A model generated the notes under the pieces. That model saw only the letters and a list, made by a program, of their open reading frames with translations. It did no database searches and was not told where the DNA came from. DNA of 64,000 nt from positions 79,042 through 143,041 of the forward strand of contig CAZYLF010000001.1 of assembly GCA_964648765.1 (NCBI GenBank), read 5' to 3'. The first letter of the stretch is position 1. Each line of letters starts with the position of its first letter. Below are positions 1 through 9,434 of the stretch, one piece after another. Made by a program: the position numbers and the translations under genes. This DNA comes from an uncultured Candidatus Saccharibacteria bacterium. GTDB taxonomy: Bacteria > Patescibacteriota > Minisyncoccia > Phycocordibacterales > JACOZG01.

Positions 1-299
1 TTTACTTGCTCTTTTTCCCTTTCTTCTAGGGTCTGAATATATGGGTGGATATCTAATCGTCGTGACTGAATAAAAAATTGCACGTGAAAATCTAGTGAAT
101 TTAAGAAATTTTGGTATTGAGCAAAGATCGCCTGTTGTTCTGGAGCAGATTTGAGGGCAAAATTTAAGGATGAAACCATTAGTATCATCCGCATGCCACC
201 GTCACGCAAAATCACAACCCCATCACGAATTTCATCGATAATTAAAAAATCCTGTGAGGCGCTAGCGCTATTTTGATTTGGTGTACTCGTTGTGGCCAT
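1..299 (-). CDS. N-terminal fragment (gene continues beyond window edge) of a putative VirB4/PrgJ-like conjugative T4SS ATPase
   Basis: ATG at 299-297 (minus) one nt after the PrgI-like stop codon. My reverse-complement translation begins MATTSTPNQNSASASQDFLIIDEIRDGVVILRDGGMRMILMVSSLNFALKSAPEQQ. This resembles, from memory, the N-terminal region of Gram-positive/CPR VirB4-type ATPases. The gene order PrgI-like then ATPase is typical. The CDS is partial. Confidence 0.4.
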   Translation of the reverse strand, partial: MATTSTPNQNSASASQDFLIIDEIRDGVVILRDGGMRMILMVSSLNFALKSAPEQQAIFAQYQNFLNSLDFHVQFFIQSRRLDIHPYIQTLEEREKEQV

Positions 300-300
300 T

Positions 301-705
301 TTATTTTAGATTTTCTTTAATATCCAAGCTCCATGAAAGGTCTCTGAGTTTACTCCCTGATACTTTTGGTAAACTAACACTCGCTTGCTTGGTAGCCTCG
401 ATTAAACTTTGCTCCGAAATTTTCTTTTGCCTCCTTTTCCAAATATAAAGTTTTTTTGTAAAGGCAAAGCGGAATGCCGATTCTGCCATATTTATAAATG
501 GTCGGTTGTTAATTTTATAAAAAGCCAACGCTAGACCAAAACCTACTATCGCAACCATGGGGAAAATTGCAATAATAAACGGAAAGTAAGAGTAAAACAA
601 AAAAGCCGTGCCGAGTGAACCCGCAACATACACAAACTGTTTGAACGTTAAGGGCCCAAATATTTTATCCTCAACTTCAATGAACTGTGGCACCTGAAAA
701 TTCAT
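301..705 (-). CDS. PrgI/VirB3-like small membrane protein (putative T4SS component)
   Basis: 134 aa with two hydrophobic helices (AFLFYSYFPFIIAIFPMVAIVGFGLALAFY). Sits directly upstream of the VirB4-like gene. ATG start verified. Confidence 0.45.
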   Translation of the reverse strand: MNFQVPQFIEVEDKIFGPLTFKQFVYVAGSLGTAFLFYSYFPFIIAIFPMVAIVGFGLALAFYKINNRPFINMAESAFRFAFTKKLYIWKRRQKKISEQSLIEATKQASVSLPKVSGSKLRDLSWSLDIKENLK

Positions 706-785
706 GGCCTAATTTTAGCACATTGTAAAAATTATTTTCCCCAATTAACCCCACCCCACCCTCCCCAAGGGAGAGGGTTCTCAAT

Positions 786-1253
786 TTAAACTTGTTCCAA
801 ATATGGGTCTGGGCCACGCTTTTTGCCATCCAAGTCTACCTCCTCACGTGGAATACGGAAAAGTTGCCCCATCTTTTGTTCAAAGAGGTTTTTACTAGCT
901 TCTCCACTCTCCGGCTTTGGTTCATAAGCCTTTATGTTTGTGGCGGCTTGTTGGATAAGATCTCGGATTTTAATAAAAATTGCCAAATTTACATCGTCGG
1001 CAACAGCGCTAGCCTTCTCCCTCTCTACTCCTAACTCCTTCTCTATTTCTGCTACGTAGTCCTTCATGGCGAGTAAACCAAGCATCACCAAACCAGTGAT
1101 ACTAGCCAACTTGCCTGTTTGCTCAATAGTTAAGCCATTTTTCTTTTCAATCTTCATCATCTCATCGGCAGTTTCTACCGAAAAGATGGCTTCCTGAAGG
1201 GCTTCAGGTAAGGTGTTAAATTTCTCTCTTAATTGTTCTCTTGTGTAATTCAT
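786..1253 (-). CDS. hypothetical protein in the T4SS-like locus
   Basis: 155-aa ORF with ATG start, same strand and tight spacing with neighbours. No recognised motif. Confidence 0.5.
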   Translation of the reverse strand: MNYTREQLREKFNTLPEALQEAIFSVETADEMMKIEKKNGLTIEQTGKLASITGLVMLGLLAMKDYVAEIEKELGVEREKASAVADDVNLAIFIKIRDLIQQAATNIKAYEPKPESGEASKNLFEQKMGQLFRIPREEVDLDGKKRGPDPYLEQV

Positions 1254-1263
1254 ATTTTTTTAT

Positions 1264-3912
1264 TTAGATTCCTGTTCCTCCCGCGGGTACATCAATGCCC
1301 GAAACCGTGTCGGGTGGGGTGCCGGTTGCTCCACCAGCAGTTGCGCTCCCACCCCCACCACCTGGACCTGATGGAATATCTCGCCCTGTTGAGCGCATTA
1401 CATAACCGTAAGCGTCATGACTTTCTCCAACTTGGATAACTCGTTCTTTTACCAATCGTTCTGTTTCCCCAGACAAATTCCCATGCTCAAGAAGTTCTCT
1501 AACCATCTGAGCAGACATGGCCCTAACGACTGCGGGGCTGGTTATTTGTTCGGTCGGCAGTCTCTTTAGAACTTTTGGTTCGTAACCATTTACAACTTTA
1601 TTAATTTCATTTTGATACATTGCTTTAAAGTTGTCTTTATCAACTTGCGGTGCGTCGTCTTTTGGCTCTGCAGAGACGAAACCTGCGAGCTTGCTTCCAA
1701 AGGCTGTCTTAATTTTCTCAAACTCCCCTGATTCCATATCGTTTTCTAAGGCATCGAGGTAGCTGGAATTAAGAAGGTGGGCAATTTTTTCCAGCTTCTT
1801 TTTGTCCAATTTTGTGATTTGTTCTTTCGTAATTGTCTTAAGGAAATCCTTTACCTTTTTTAATTTTTCTTCATCCTCTAGATTATCTAAATCAAGAGCC
1901 TTAAAGTCAGATATCTTCTTATTTAATTTATCCTCTCTCTCGGCGTCTTTGGCATCCTTCTCTTTCTTTTTCTTCTCTGCTAGCTCATCCTTGGTTGGAC
2001 CTAGTACGCCAGACTTAAACCCAAACGGAAGTTCTGCGGTGAGTGTGGCGATATGTTCAGACCCAGTAGAAAGGGGTTTTTTCAGGAACTCACCCACCTC
2101 TTTACCTAAAGGCACATTCTTTTCTCCAAATTTGGCTGTTCTGACTCCCGCCTTCCATGCGGCACCAGCCAATCCTCCCTCACCCTTCTTGTCTTTATTC
2201 CAATTTTCTCCAACTTTCTTTTTCCAATCTTTTAGCGTGCCACTAATTCTTGCCCCACTCTCCCTATTTCGGTCTCTTCCTTCTTTGCTTAGTACGTTTG
2301 CGGCCGTACGAATACCACCTTTACCTAGTTTGGTTAATGTCCCAAAGGCAGTCCTATTCATCTTCCCCGCCCAGCCCACAGCTTTTTGGGCCCCGAAGGC
2401 ACCCATTTGGGAAGCGATGATAAGTGAAGCAATTAGGAAGCCGATCACCACAAAAAATTGAAGCCACACATTCATGGCTGTGTTAGTGCCTTGTGAAAAA
2501 TCAATTCCGCTGATTAATTTTGATGAAACAAAAAGGAAGATGAGGTAAGCGGGCGCAAAGAAGCATTGACTCACTAAGCTCGAGAACCATTTATCAAACT
2601 GACCACTCATTTTCCCTGGCATGGCGAGGGCAAAAAAGGCAAGTGGCGAGAGAATAATTAGAAATACCAAAGTCACAATCCTGATTAGGAGCATTATTGT
2701 GCCCGCTAAGATCACAAAGGTTGAGACCACAATTACAAATATTGCTCCAAGTAACGACGAAATAATTTGAACAAAAGTGCCTTTTACTACCGGGGTGGTG
2801 CTGCCATCTGGGTTGGTTTTTATACCCGTAAACTGCTTTTCAAGGCTTAATCCACTCATTAGCGCTCCAGCCACACCTTTTATACTTTTTGTGCCACCAA
2901 AAATCTTGTATTCTTTGCTGCTAGCATCTATACCATTATAAAATTGATAGGCTAAGAGATTAGAAGCGTCTATTACAACCCTAGTGAAGAAGGCACTGAA
3001 GTTAATAAGTAGAGCAATAACGATTACTCTAACGATGATTTTTTTGGCGTCGATATCCTTTAAGCGGAGAGTCATTCCAATAGCCGCATAAAGGAGGATA
3101 AAGATAAAGAAGATATTGGCCAGATCACGGATAATCGCCCAAGTGCTCTGCATTGAACCAAGGCCGCCAATAGTGTCGGCAAATGAGGTAACAGAGAAGA
3201 ATATCGCCTTGTCAAAAAGAAAAGCTGCACCAACCAAAATGCTACCGAACAGTGGAATGATTATTCCTGTGCTTACATAAATAATCATTGCTTTGGCACA
3301 AGAGATAACATCAAAGTTCAAGTCGAAGGAACACTTTATTTCATCTCTAGTAATGTTGGCGACATTAACAGCTACACTTTTTGTATCTGAGCTTGCTATA
3401 TCGTGAACTGCACCCTGATCTTCATCTGGTGAGGTGTACTGTTCGTCAATTTCTTCTTGGCTCAATCCATTTAATGCGGCGCGCTGTCTTTGAAACCTAT
3501 TTATCTCAGCGTCATATTCAACCATTCTGTTGTTTAATAAGTTTGCCTCCTCAATATTTACATCTCTTCCTCCTGGATTGAGCGTAAGAGCCTGGAACCA
3601 TAGTGGGGTAAATACCTCGCCTGGTATCACTCTTGCTAACTCACCTTGTATCCCCAACATTTTACTTATGCCATTATCTAGCGCTGTTATACTTCTTTGC
3701 TTGTCTGCGTCGTTTGTTGGATTTTGTATCACCTGTGATCGTGTTTCATCAATTGCCGCACGGAAGCGTTCATCTATCTCTGTTACTCGTCTTTGAAAGT
3801 CACCTGATACCTCTGCTTCGGCGGCCCTGAATACAGAAAAAAAAGAAATTAGAACAAAAATTAAACTCAGGAGAAGTTTTTTATTTCCAAATAATTTCTT
3901 TAAAAAGTTCAT
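1264..3912 (-). CDS. VirB6/TrbL-like polytopic membrane protein with signal peptide, coiled-coil and Gly-rich C-terminal tail
   Basis: 882 aa. N-terminal signal/TM, a central block of at least 6 hydrophobic helices, a K/E-rich coiled coil, then a poly-Gly tail (SGPGGGGGSATAGGATG). Sits in a T4SS-like context. AT-rich (about 40% GC). Confidence 0.45.
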   Translation of the reverse strand: MNFLKKLFGNKKLLLSLIFVLISFFSVFRAAEAEVSGDFQRRVTEIDERFRAAIDETRSQVIQNPTNDADKQRSITALDNGISKMLGIQGELARVIPGEVFTPLWFQALTLNPGGRDVNIEEANLLNNRMVEYDAEINRFQRQRAALNGLSQEEIDEQYTSPDEDQGAVHDIASSDTKSVAVNVANITRDEIKCSFDLNFDVISCAKAMIIYVSTGIIIPLFGSILVGAAFLFDKAIFFSVTSFADTIGGLGSMQSTWAIIRDLANIFFIFILLYAAIGMTLRLKDIDAKKIIVRVIVIALLINFSAFFTRVVIDASNLLAYQFYNGIDASSKEYKIFGGTKSIKGVAGALMSGLSLEKQFTGIKTNPDGSTTPVVKGTFVQIISSLLGAIFVIVVSTFVILAGTIMLLIRIVTLVFLIILSPLAFFALAMPGKMSGQFDKWFSSLVSQCFFAPAYLIFLFVSSKLISGIDFSQGTNTAMNVWLQFFVVIGFLIASLIIASQMGAFGAQKAVGWAGKMNRTAFGTLTKLGKGGIRTAANVLSKEGRDRNRESGARISGTLKDWKKKVGENWNKDKKGEGGLAGAAWKAGVRTAKFGEKNVPLGKEVGEFLKKPLSTGSEHIATLTAELPFGFKSGVLGPTKDELAEKKKKEKDAKDAEREDKLNKKISDFKALDLDNLEDEEKLKKVKDFLKTITKEQITKLDKKKLEKIAHLLNSSYLDALENDMESGEFEKIKTAFGSKLAGFVSAEPKDDAPQVDKDNFKAMYQNEINKVVNGYEPKVLKRLPTEQITSPAVVRAMSAQMVRELLEHGNLSGETERLVKERVIQVGESHDAYGYVMRSTGRDIPSGPGGGGGSATAGGATGTPPDTVSGIDVPAGGTGI

Positions 3913-3915
3913 GTT

Positions 3916-6900
3916 TTAATTTGAAAAGGCCGACTCATCAAGTGGCGGGCAGGCGCCTGGCGATGGGCAGTTGTAAGCTGGTGGCTCTGGCGCCAATGTA
4001 CCCTCTGGGTCAGCTAAAAAGTTCTCATTTATTTTACTTTGAACTGGTAAATCACCTTTATTTACATCAAGTCCAAATTTTTGAACGTTCTCCATTTGTC
4101 TAATGATGCTTGTTGTGAGGGCTTCGATCTCGGCTCTTTGGATACTTGGCGGGGTAACACCTTCCACACCCTCAAAGCCCTGACCCCAACCAAGTTTGGT
4201 CATAACATTATTTACCATCTCACTTCTCAATCTCTCTAGTTTTGCTTTCTCCGCTACATATGAACCCACGGCATAATTATTAGGATTACTCGTCATTCTT
4301 CCAAAAAGTTCAAGATCTAATTCGTTTGGAGTTGTTGAAGTTTCTTCTGCACCATCTTCAACTTGGCCAAGTAATCTCTGCCAAAAACTCGGACGTTTCT
4401 TTGCTGTAGCAAAAGCGCTATTGCTCGATTCGGTTTGAGGAATTAAACCAAGCCTGGCGCGCTCTTCAGTTGTTAGGGTGGGTTCATCCGCGTTATCAGC
4501 TTCACTCTCTAGTGCTGAGGCGGTATCTTCAGCAAAAGGCCCGCCCTTTTCTCTTAAGATTTCCAGCATAACATCGGTGGCTTTTTGAATCTCCTCTATT
4601 TTACGAGCAGTGATGTTGTTTGGTGTAAATGAACCCATCTCGCCGTCTTTTATTTCTCTCCCCTCTCTAATAAATTTTAGTTTTTCTTCATAATAATTTC
4701 TTATTGCCGTGGCCGCTGCCTCGCGAGCTTTGCGATCGCCATAAAGCTCCCTCTCTTCCATTGCCAACTGCACGCGTTGGATGACCTTAAGATGGGTACA
4801 AGATTCCACTTGGAGCTGGAGGATCTTACCCGTCATGTCTTTAATGGCATTGTTAGAGGCAAGTATTTCCCCGGTGTTGGCGGCCGTTAAGCCGCTTGAT
4901 ATGAGCACTCCGCCTACTTCGGTGACGGGCACAGATACGGCTGCGGTGGTCACTCCAGCCGCTGAGGCACCGGCGTTTATTGCTTCACCGAAGATTGCTT
5001 CTGAGGCGGCGGTGAAGGCATATTTGACTACCTGTCCGCTAATTAAATCAACAATTGGGTTACCGGTTTTAAGCATGTCGGCTACAACGGTTGAGGCAGC
5101 GCCAGTTGCACTATTAATGATACTTTTTGTGGCCGGTGATAGTGTGGGGGAAGTTTGTTTGCTGATTGCGCCAGTAACTGCTCGTTCAGAGTTTGCGGTA
5201 ACCTGTCCACTCACTGCCCCTGCAGTGTCGGTGGTGACATTGTCCAAAGGCATTACAGAAGGACTGGCAGCGGGATCGCCCAAATTATTTCCACCCGTGG
5301 CGAAGAGGTTCTCGGTGTAATTATTTAAGGTGACTTGTGGTGGCGCGCCAGCGGCTGGTGGTGTGGCCCCGCTCACTGTGCCGTTTGGCATGATTTCTAC
5401 AACACCGCCGGCCGCTAGGGCTTGATTGTAATCACCCTCATACATTTGGCCGGCGGCGAGCGGGGTTGTTCCCCTCAGACTTTCTGGAATTATTTCCACC
5501 GACATTGGTGGATAAAAGAAGTCTTGCACGTTGTTTCCCACTCCTCTGATTCCACCAGCCACCCACTCACCTGCTCCTCCGGCGCCACCAGTAATGTTAA
5601 GAGCTAGTGGATAAAGTCGCCCACCAATTTCCCTATCGATGAGTGTGGTGATCTCTCCGCTCACGTGATCAATAATTGTGTCGGTGGTAGCGTTTACGGC
5701 CCCAACGGCTGCATTAATTTGGAAATCAACTTCGTTGATAATTGGATTTAAAAAGGCTTCGTCCATGTTATCGATTGCTTCTTCCACTGCGGCGATTGGG
5801 CCGGTGAGCGAAGCGGTAATATCTTTCAGACCATCTTGAAGTGAAGCGTTGAGTGGCCCTTCCATGGCGTCAATAATTTGATCACCGAGGCGATTGATGT
5901 TGGCAGGCGCGGTAATTGATTGCTCAAGCTCGAAGGCCAAGTTGGTAATCATGTCCTCTTTGAGTTGATTAATGTCTAGTTGGGCAATCCACTCGATCAT
6001 CTCTTTGGTGATGGTGATTTGATTGCCAATTTCCTCAATCATTAAAGCAAGTTGTTGGAATTCTGGTGGCCCAGTCACGTTACTTCCGTTGAACAACTGA
6101 AGAATGGCGGTAACTCCGTCCAAGGCACAGGAAATTGGATTACTAAAACATTTCTGAATATAGCTTTGTACTGCAGTTAAAGCATCCTTGGTTGATTCAA
6201 GAGTGCCTTGGATTTCTTTAAACCGTTGGTCAAGCATTTGAGGAATTGCCTGTACCATCCCCTCAATCTGGATTCCATATTGCGCCTCCACGATTGGTCG
6301 GGCCAAATCTCTAAAGCTCACGGTTAAGGCGTCGCCAACTGTGCCTTGTAAGCCGTTTCTCACCGCAGTAGAAATACTACGATTGAAGATATCGTCATTG
6401 AAAACTTCGGGTAAGGTGTCGCGAATCGATTCATTAATAAGATTCCGGAAGCGGCCTTGGCCCTCGGGGTCTTCAAAACTACCGTTAAAACCAGAGGCTC
6501 TTAGTGCTTGGATTTTTTGAGCTAGGGTAATTGGGAACTTATCTTTTAGGGCGGTGGTAATGTTTTGGGTAAAGGCGCTACGGAACTCACGTTGAATTGC
6601 CCCGTTGGCATTCACAAATGTCTGCTCCAAAGCATCGGGTGTGCCTTTGAGTGTAACGGCGTCTCTTACTACATCCTCAAATGGTTGTAGAAGTTGTCTA
6701 GAGCTAAAGGCTCCTCCACTTCCCCCTCCACCTCTCCCCTGACTTTCTTCCAAGCACTGGCGTGAGTCGTCGGCTCTTACTTGGCTTAAGGCTTGGTTGG
6801 CATTTTGTTGTTGATATGGTCGAGGAACACCAGGAGCAAAAAAGTTTGGTTGAGCAGGTGGGGTGGCTGGAGTGGTGGGGGTTCCCGGATTAGCTCGAGT

Positions 6901-7068
6901 TACTGGCACGGTGATTGTGCCGCTGGGTCTTGGTGTGCCAAAAGGGGTGCCACCCATGCCGAAACTTCTCTGGGCTTCAGCTTGACTCGGAATTAAAACT
7001 AAAGCTGTTGGCAGGAGCAAGCCAGTTAAGAGTAATCCGGAAGTTAATTTTTTAAATAAATTTTTCAC
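3916..7068 (-). CDS. large secreted Gly/Ala/Thr-rich surface protein (function unknown; possibly a T4SS- or pilus-associated surface factor)
   Basis: 1050 aa. GTG start overlapping the upstream stop (GTGA). Clear signal peptide (LLLTGLLLPTALVLIPSQAEA), then a long low-complexity extracellular region. Confidence 0.55.
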   Translation of the reverse strand: MKNLFKKLTSGLLLTGLLLPTALVLIPSQAEAQRSFGMGGTPFGTPRPSGTITVPVTRANPGTPTTPATPPAQPNFFAPGVPRPYQQQNANQALSQVRADDSRQCLEESQGRGGGGSGGAFSSRQLLQPFEDVVRDAVTLKGTPDALEQTFVNANGAIQREFRSAFTQNITTALKDKFPITLAQKIQALRASGFNGSFEDPEGQGRFRNLINESIRDTLPEVFNDDIFNRSISTAVRNGLQGTVGDALTVSFRDLARPIVEAQYGIQIEGMVQAIPQMLDQRFKEIQGTLESTKDALTAVQSYIQKCFSNPISCALDGVTAILQLFNGSNVTGPPEFQQLALMIEEIGNQITITKEMIEWIAQLDINQLKEDMITNLAFELEQSITAPANINRLGDQIIDAMEGPLNASLQDGLKDITASLTGPIAAVEEAIDNMDEAFLNPIINEVDFQINAAVGAVNATTDTIIDHVSGEITTLIDREIGGRLYPLALNITGGAGGAGEWVAGGIRGVGNNVQDFFYPPMSVEIIPESLRGTTPLAAGQMYEGDYNQALAAGGVVEIMPNGTVSGATPPAAGAPPQVTLNNYTENLFATGGNNLGDPAASPSVMPLDNVTTDTAGAVSGQVTANSERAVTGAISKQTSPTLSPATKSIINSATGAASTVVADMLKTGNPIVDLISGQVVKYAFTAASEAIFGEAINAGASAAGVTTAAVSVPVTEVGGVLISSGLTAANTGEILASNNAIKDMTGKILQLQVESCTHLKVIQRVQLAMEERELYGDRKAREAAATAIRNYYEEKLKFIREGREIKDGEMGSFTPNNITARKIEEIQKATDVMLEILREKGGPFAEDTASALESEADNADEPTLTTEERARLGLIPQTESSNSAFATAKKRPSFWQRLLGQVEDGAEETSTTPNELDLELFGRMTSNPNNYAVGSYVAEKAKLERLRSEMVNNVMTKLGWGQGFEGVEGVTPPSIQRAEIEALTTSIIRQMENVQKFGLDVNKGDLPVQSKINENFLADPEGTLAPEPPAYNCPSPGACPPLDESAFSN

Positions 7069-7928
7069 AATCCAAATGTAAGGTTTAGTTTTTTATCTTT
7101 ATTGAAAGCAAAACCTTGACCTGTAAAATATAAGTTCAAAATATTTATCGAGGAAAGAAAGTTTTGGAGATTGTCCCCGTATTTATTTACTGCGCCCAAT
7201 GCCAAGGCTGGCTCCTTCTCTACTAGCGACATCATAAAACTAGCTTCTCCTAGTTTTATTAAAGCGTTTAATAAATTAAGGTGAATTTTTTCTGCTCCTC
7301 TCGGTACCTCAAGTTTGATAAGCGAGGCAATTACTTGATTGTGGGCATTATTAATTTCCTCAATTTTCTCCACGTTTTCTTTTTTGCCTTGATCGATAAT
7401 TTCGAGAGTCAGCTTTGCTTCATTGATACCCTTTAACTCGTCGTATGTTCTCATTGCTGTTTGGATTTGCTCCCCGTACAACAAGATAAATTCTCTGGTT
7501 GGAGATTCTTTAATTTTAAGATCAGACTCAACTATGATTGGCGCAATTCTTGCCGCAGAACCCCCCGAAATTAAGGGGGAATTTTTGGAGTCACTAGCCG
7601 TGCGTGCCATGGCTAACAAGCGCTCAGTGGGATTACTTACCTTATCGTTTGGCCCGGCCACAATTGGACTTCTCCCCACCAACACTTCTGCTCCGTCATC
7701 TGCTCCGTCGCCATCCGTATCTTTATTTAGAGGATTGCTTCCCCAAAATTCTTCTTCCCAATCGGCTAAGTTGTCGGCGTCACGATCAACGGCGTCTTTT
7801 TTTATTAACTCCCCTTGTTTGTTATTTGCCGCTGCTTGATAATTTACTGGTTCTTGTCCGCCGAGAAAATAAATAAAGCCAACAAAAATTATCACCATCA
7901 GCAACAAAACGATGAATGCCTTTTTCAT
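7065..7928 (-). CDS. N-terminally membrane-anchored protein with one TSP3-like Ca-binding motif
   Basis: ATG at 7928 follows a GTG. TM segment AFIVLLLMVIIFVGFIYFL. Contains the motif DTDGDGADDGAE. First gene of the minus-strand locus. Confidence 0.5.
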   Translation of the reverse strand: MKKAFIVLLLMVIIFVGFIYFLGGQEPVNYQAAANNKQGELIKKDAVDRDADNLADWEEEFWGSNPLNKDTDGDGADDGAEVLVGRSPIVAGPNDKVSNPTERLLAMARTASDSKNSPLISGGSAARIAPIIVESDLKIKESPTREFILLYGEQIQTAMRTYDELKGINEAKLTLEIIDQGKKENVEKIEEINNAHNQVIASLIKLEVPRGAEKIHLNLLNALIKLGEASFMMSLVEKEPALALGAVNKYGDNLQNFLSSINILNLYFTGQGFAFNKDKKLNLTFGL

Positions 7929-7952
7929 CACTACTTATTATAGTATAATTAA

Positions 7953-8621
7953 ATGCATATGACGAAGTGGATTACTCTAACTATCATTATCTCTATTTTT
8001 TTATTTTCTAATTTTGCATTTGCTCAAAATTCTGACCCTTTTATTTCTCAAGTAAGTTCTCTTTTGCAAACTATTCGTAACTTGGCCAGCCAAATTGGTG
8101 CCTTAGAAAATGCGCCCGTCTTACCTCAAAATCCTTTACCGGCGCCACTTACCCCCGCCCCCATTTCATCGCCAGTTACCCCCTTAACCACCGGCTCATA
8201 CTTTCGAAGATCAGAAACTTCATATTTTGACCAAGTTAGGGCCAACCAAGCACAAAAAATGTCTGTTTACGCAAGCACCACTCAATTAACTACCTCACTT
8301 TTACCCACAATTTCACTAGTTAGTCCTGATTCCGGAAAAATCGGCACAAGAATCACCCTAAAAGGCCAAAATTTTACCAAAACTGGCAACATCGTCTACA
8401 CTGGGTTTGGTTATTTGAGCTTAGGCTCTGTGGACGGTCAGACTTTATCCTTCACAATCACTCGCCCCCCATCATTGCCGGCTGGATTTGAGGCTCAGGC
8501 ACAAGGTTTTTGGAACGAAAATTACGAGGGGGTGGTGCGGCCAGGCTTACCACTTGGCTTTTATGTTAAAAACCCTAACGGCCAGACGGCTAAGCCTGGT
8601 CTATTCTTCCTTAACTTCTAG
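7953..8621 (+). CDS. secreted protein with an IPT/TIG-like beta-sandwich segment
   Basis: Signal peptide (ITLTIIISIFLFSNFAFA). Segment SLVSPDSGKIGTRITLKGQNFTKTGNIVYTG resembles IPT/TIG. Confidence 0.45.
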   Translation: MHMTKWITLTIIISIFLFSNFAFAQNSDPFISQVSSLLQTIRNLASQIGALENAPVLPQNPLPAPLTPAPISSPVTPLTTGSYFRRSETSYFDQVRANQAQKMSVYASTTQLTTSLLPTISLVSPDSGKIGTRITLKGQNFTKTGNIVYTGFGYLSLGSVDGQTLSFTITRPPSLPAGFEAQAQGFWNENYEGVVRPGLPLGFYVKNPNGQTAKPGLFFLNF

Positions 8622-8625
8622 TTTT

Positions 8626-8997
8626 ATGGCCATTTTTAAATTAAAAATTAATTATTTGGCAGTTTTAATGGCTATAACGCTTATTTTAGGCGCTTTGGGT
8701 TTAAAAAGCGAAAAGACTCAAGCCCAGGCGGTATTGCCAATTGGTGGCCCCATTGTGGCTGTTTATTATTGTTGCAATGGGGTAATGCTTACCTTGGGCG
8801 CTCCAACTCCGGGTACATATATGTATTATTGGGGTACACCACTCTTTGCTCATTATAATGTCTGGGAACCTGGGCCTTATGTGCTTGGCCGTGGTGGCAC
8901 TCCTGGTGTTTGCAGTATCCCAACCGCCTTCCCCCCGTGTGCTTATGTTACTGCTACCACCGGCTTCTTTACCATGGTTGGTACGTCGGGCCTCTAG
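8626..8997 (+). CDS. small secreted/membrane Cys-rich protein
   Basis: In-frame ATG at 8626 inside the track ORF 8488..8997. Gives a 123-aa protein with a signal/TM segment and 7 Cys. The upstream part of the track ORF overlaps the preceding gene. Confidence 0.4.
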   Translation: MAIFKLKINYLAVLMAITLILGALGLKSEKTQAQAVLPIGGPIVAVYYCCNGVMLTLGAPTPGTYMYYWGTPLFAHYNVWEPGPYVLGRGGTPGVCSIPTAFPPCAYVTATTGFFTMVGTSGL

Positions 8998-9434
8998 TGA
9001 AACTTTAAAACGTCACCGACAGAGATATTTTGACGGGTGGTGTAACCAGCGTTTACTTCAAGTACATAAGACACAGGCGCGGGCGCCATGAAGATTTTAG
9101 GATAAGTTTCTGGCCCCACACTCTTTTCAATCCCTAACACTTTATAATTTTCATCAAGCCAAATAATGTCGAGCGCGAAGTTCATGTCCTTCATCCAGAA
9201 GCCGGTAAGTTCTGGCGGAGAAAAGATGAAAAGCATTCCTTCATCTTTACCTAAACTCTCTCTGCCACTTAAACCTAGATTTTGTTCTGCTTGCGTTCTT
9301 ACTTCTTCAATTTTTAAATTTAAAATTTTTTCGCTTACGTTGATAACTTTCACCTCACTTTTTTTATAAAGAAAAAACAAAGAGAAAATAATTACCACGA
9401 CCAATATAATAATTAAATATTTTCTGCGAGACAT
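8994..9434 (-). CDS. DUF192 family protein (COG1430)
   Basis: Signal/TM, then LFIFSPPELTGFWMKDMNFALDIIWLDENYKVLGIE, typical of DUF192. Track start is TTG; ATG at 9434. Confidence 0.7.
   Translation of the reverse strand: MSRRKYLIIILVVVIIFSLFFLYKKSEVKVINVSEKILNLKIEEVRTQAEQNLGLSGRESLGKDEGMLFIFSPPELTGFWMKDMNFALDIIWLDENYKVLGIEKSVGPETYPKIFMAPAPVSYVLEVNAGYTTRQNISVGDVLKFH

Noticed and set aside
1264-1420. Possible CRISPR or short tandem repeats (GGT/GGG codon runs at 1290-1400, GGx-CCx repeats at 61440-61500)
   Set aside because: These are in-frame poly-Gly and collagen-like coding repeats with no regular spacers. No CRISPR array or cas gene was found anywhere in the window.
1802-2461. Antisense or overlapping ORFs inside large genes (for example 1802..2461, 4781..5320, 16429..16869, 35229..35606, 53343..53654, 55016..55396, 56831..57340)
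   Set aside because: They are fully embedded in well-supported genes on the opposite strand. Low-complexity Ser/Ala/Pro-rich translations are typical of antisense frames. No SD.
8488-8625. N-terminal 46 codons of track ORF 8488..8997
   Set aside because: They overlap the 3' end of the preceding same-strand gene (7953..8621). The signal-peptide-like sequence begins at the internal ATG 8626.
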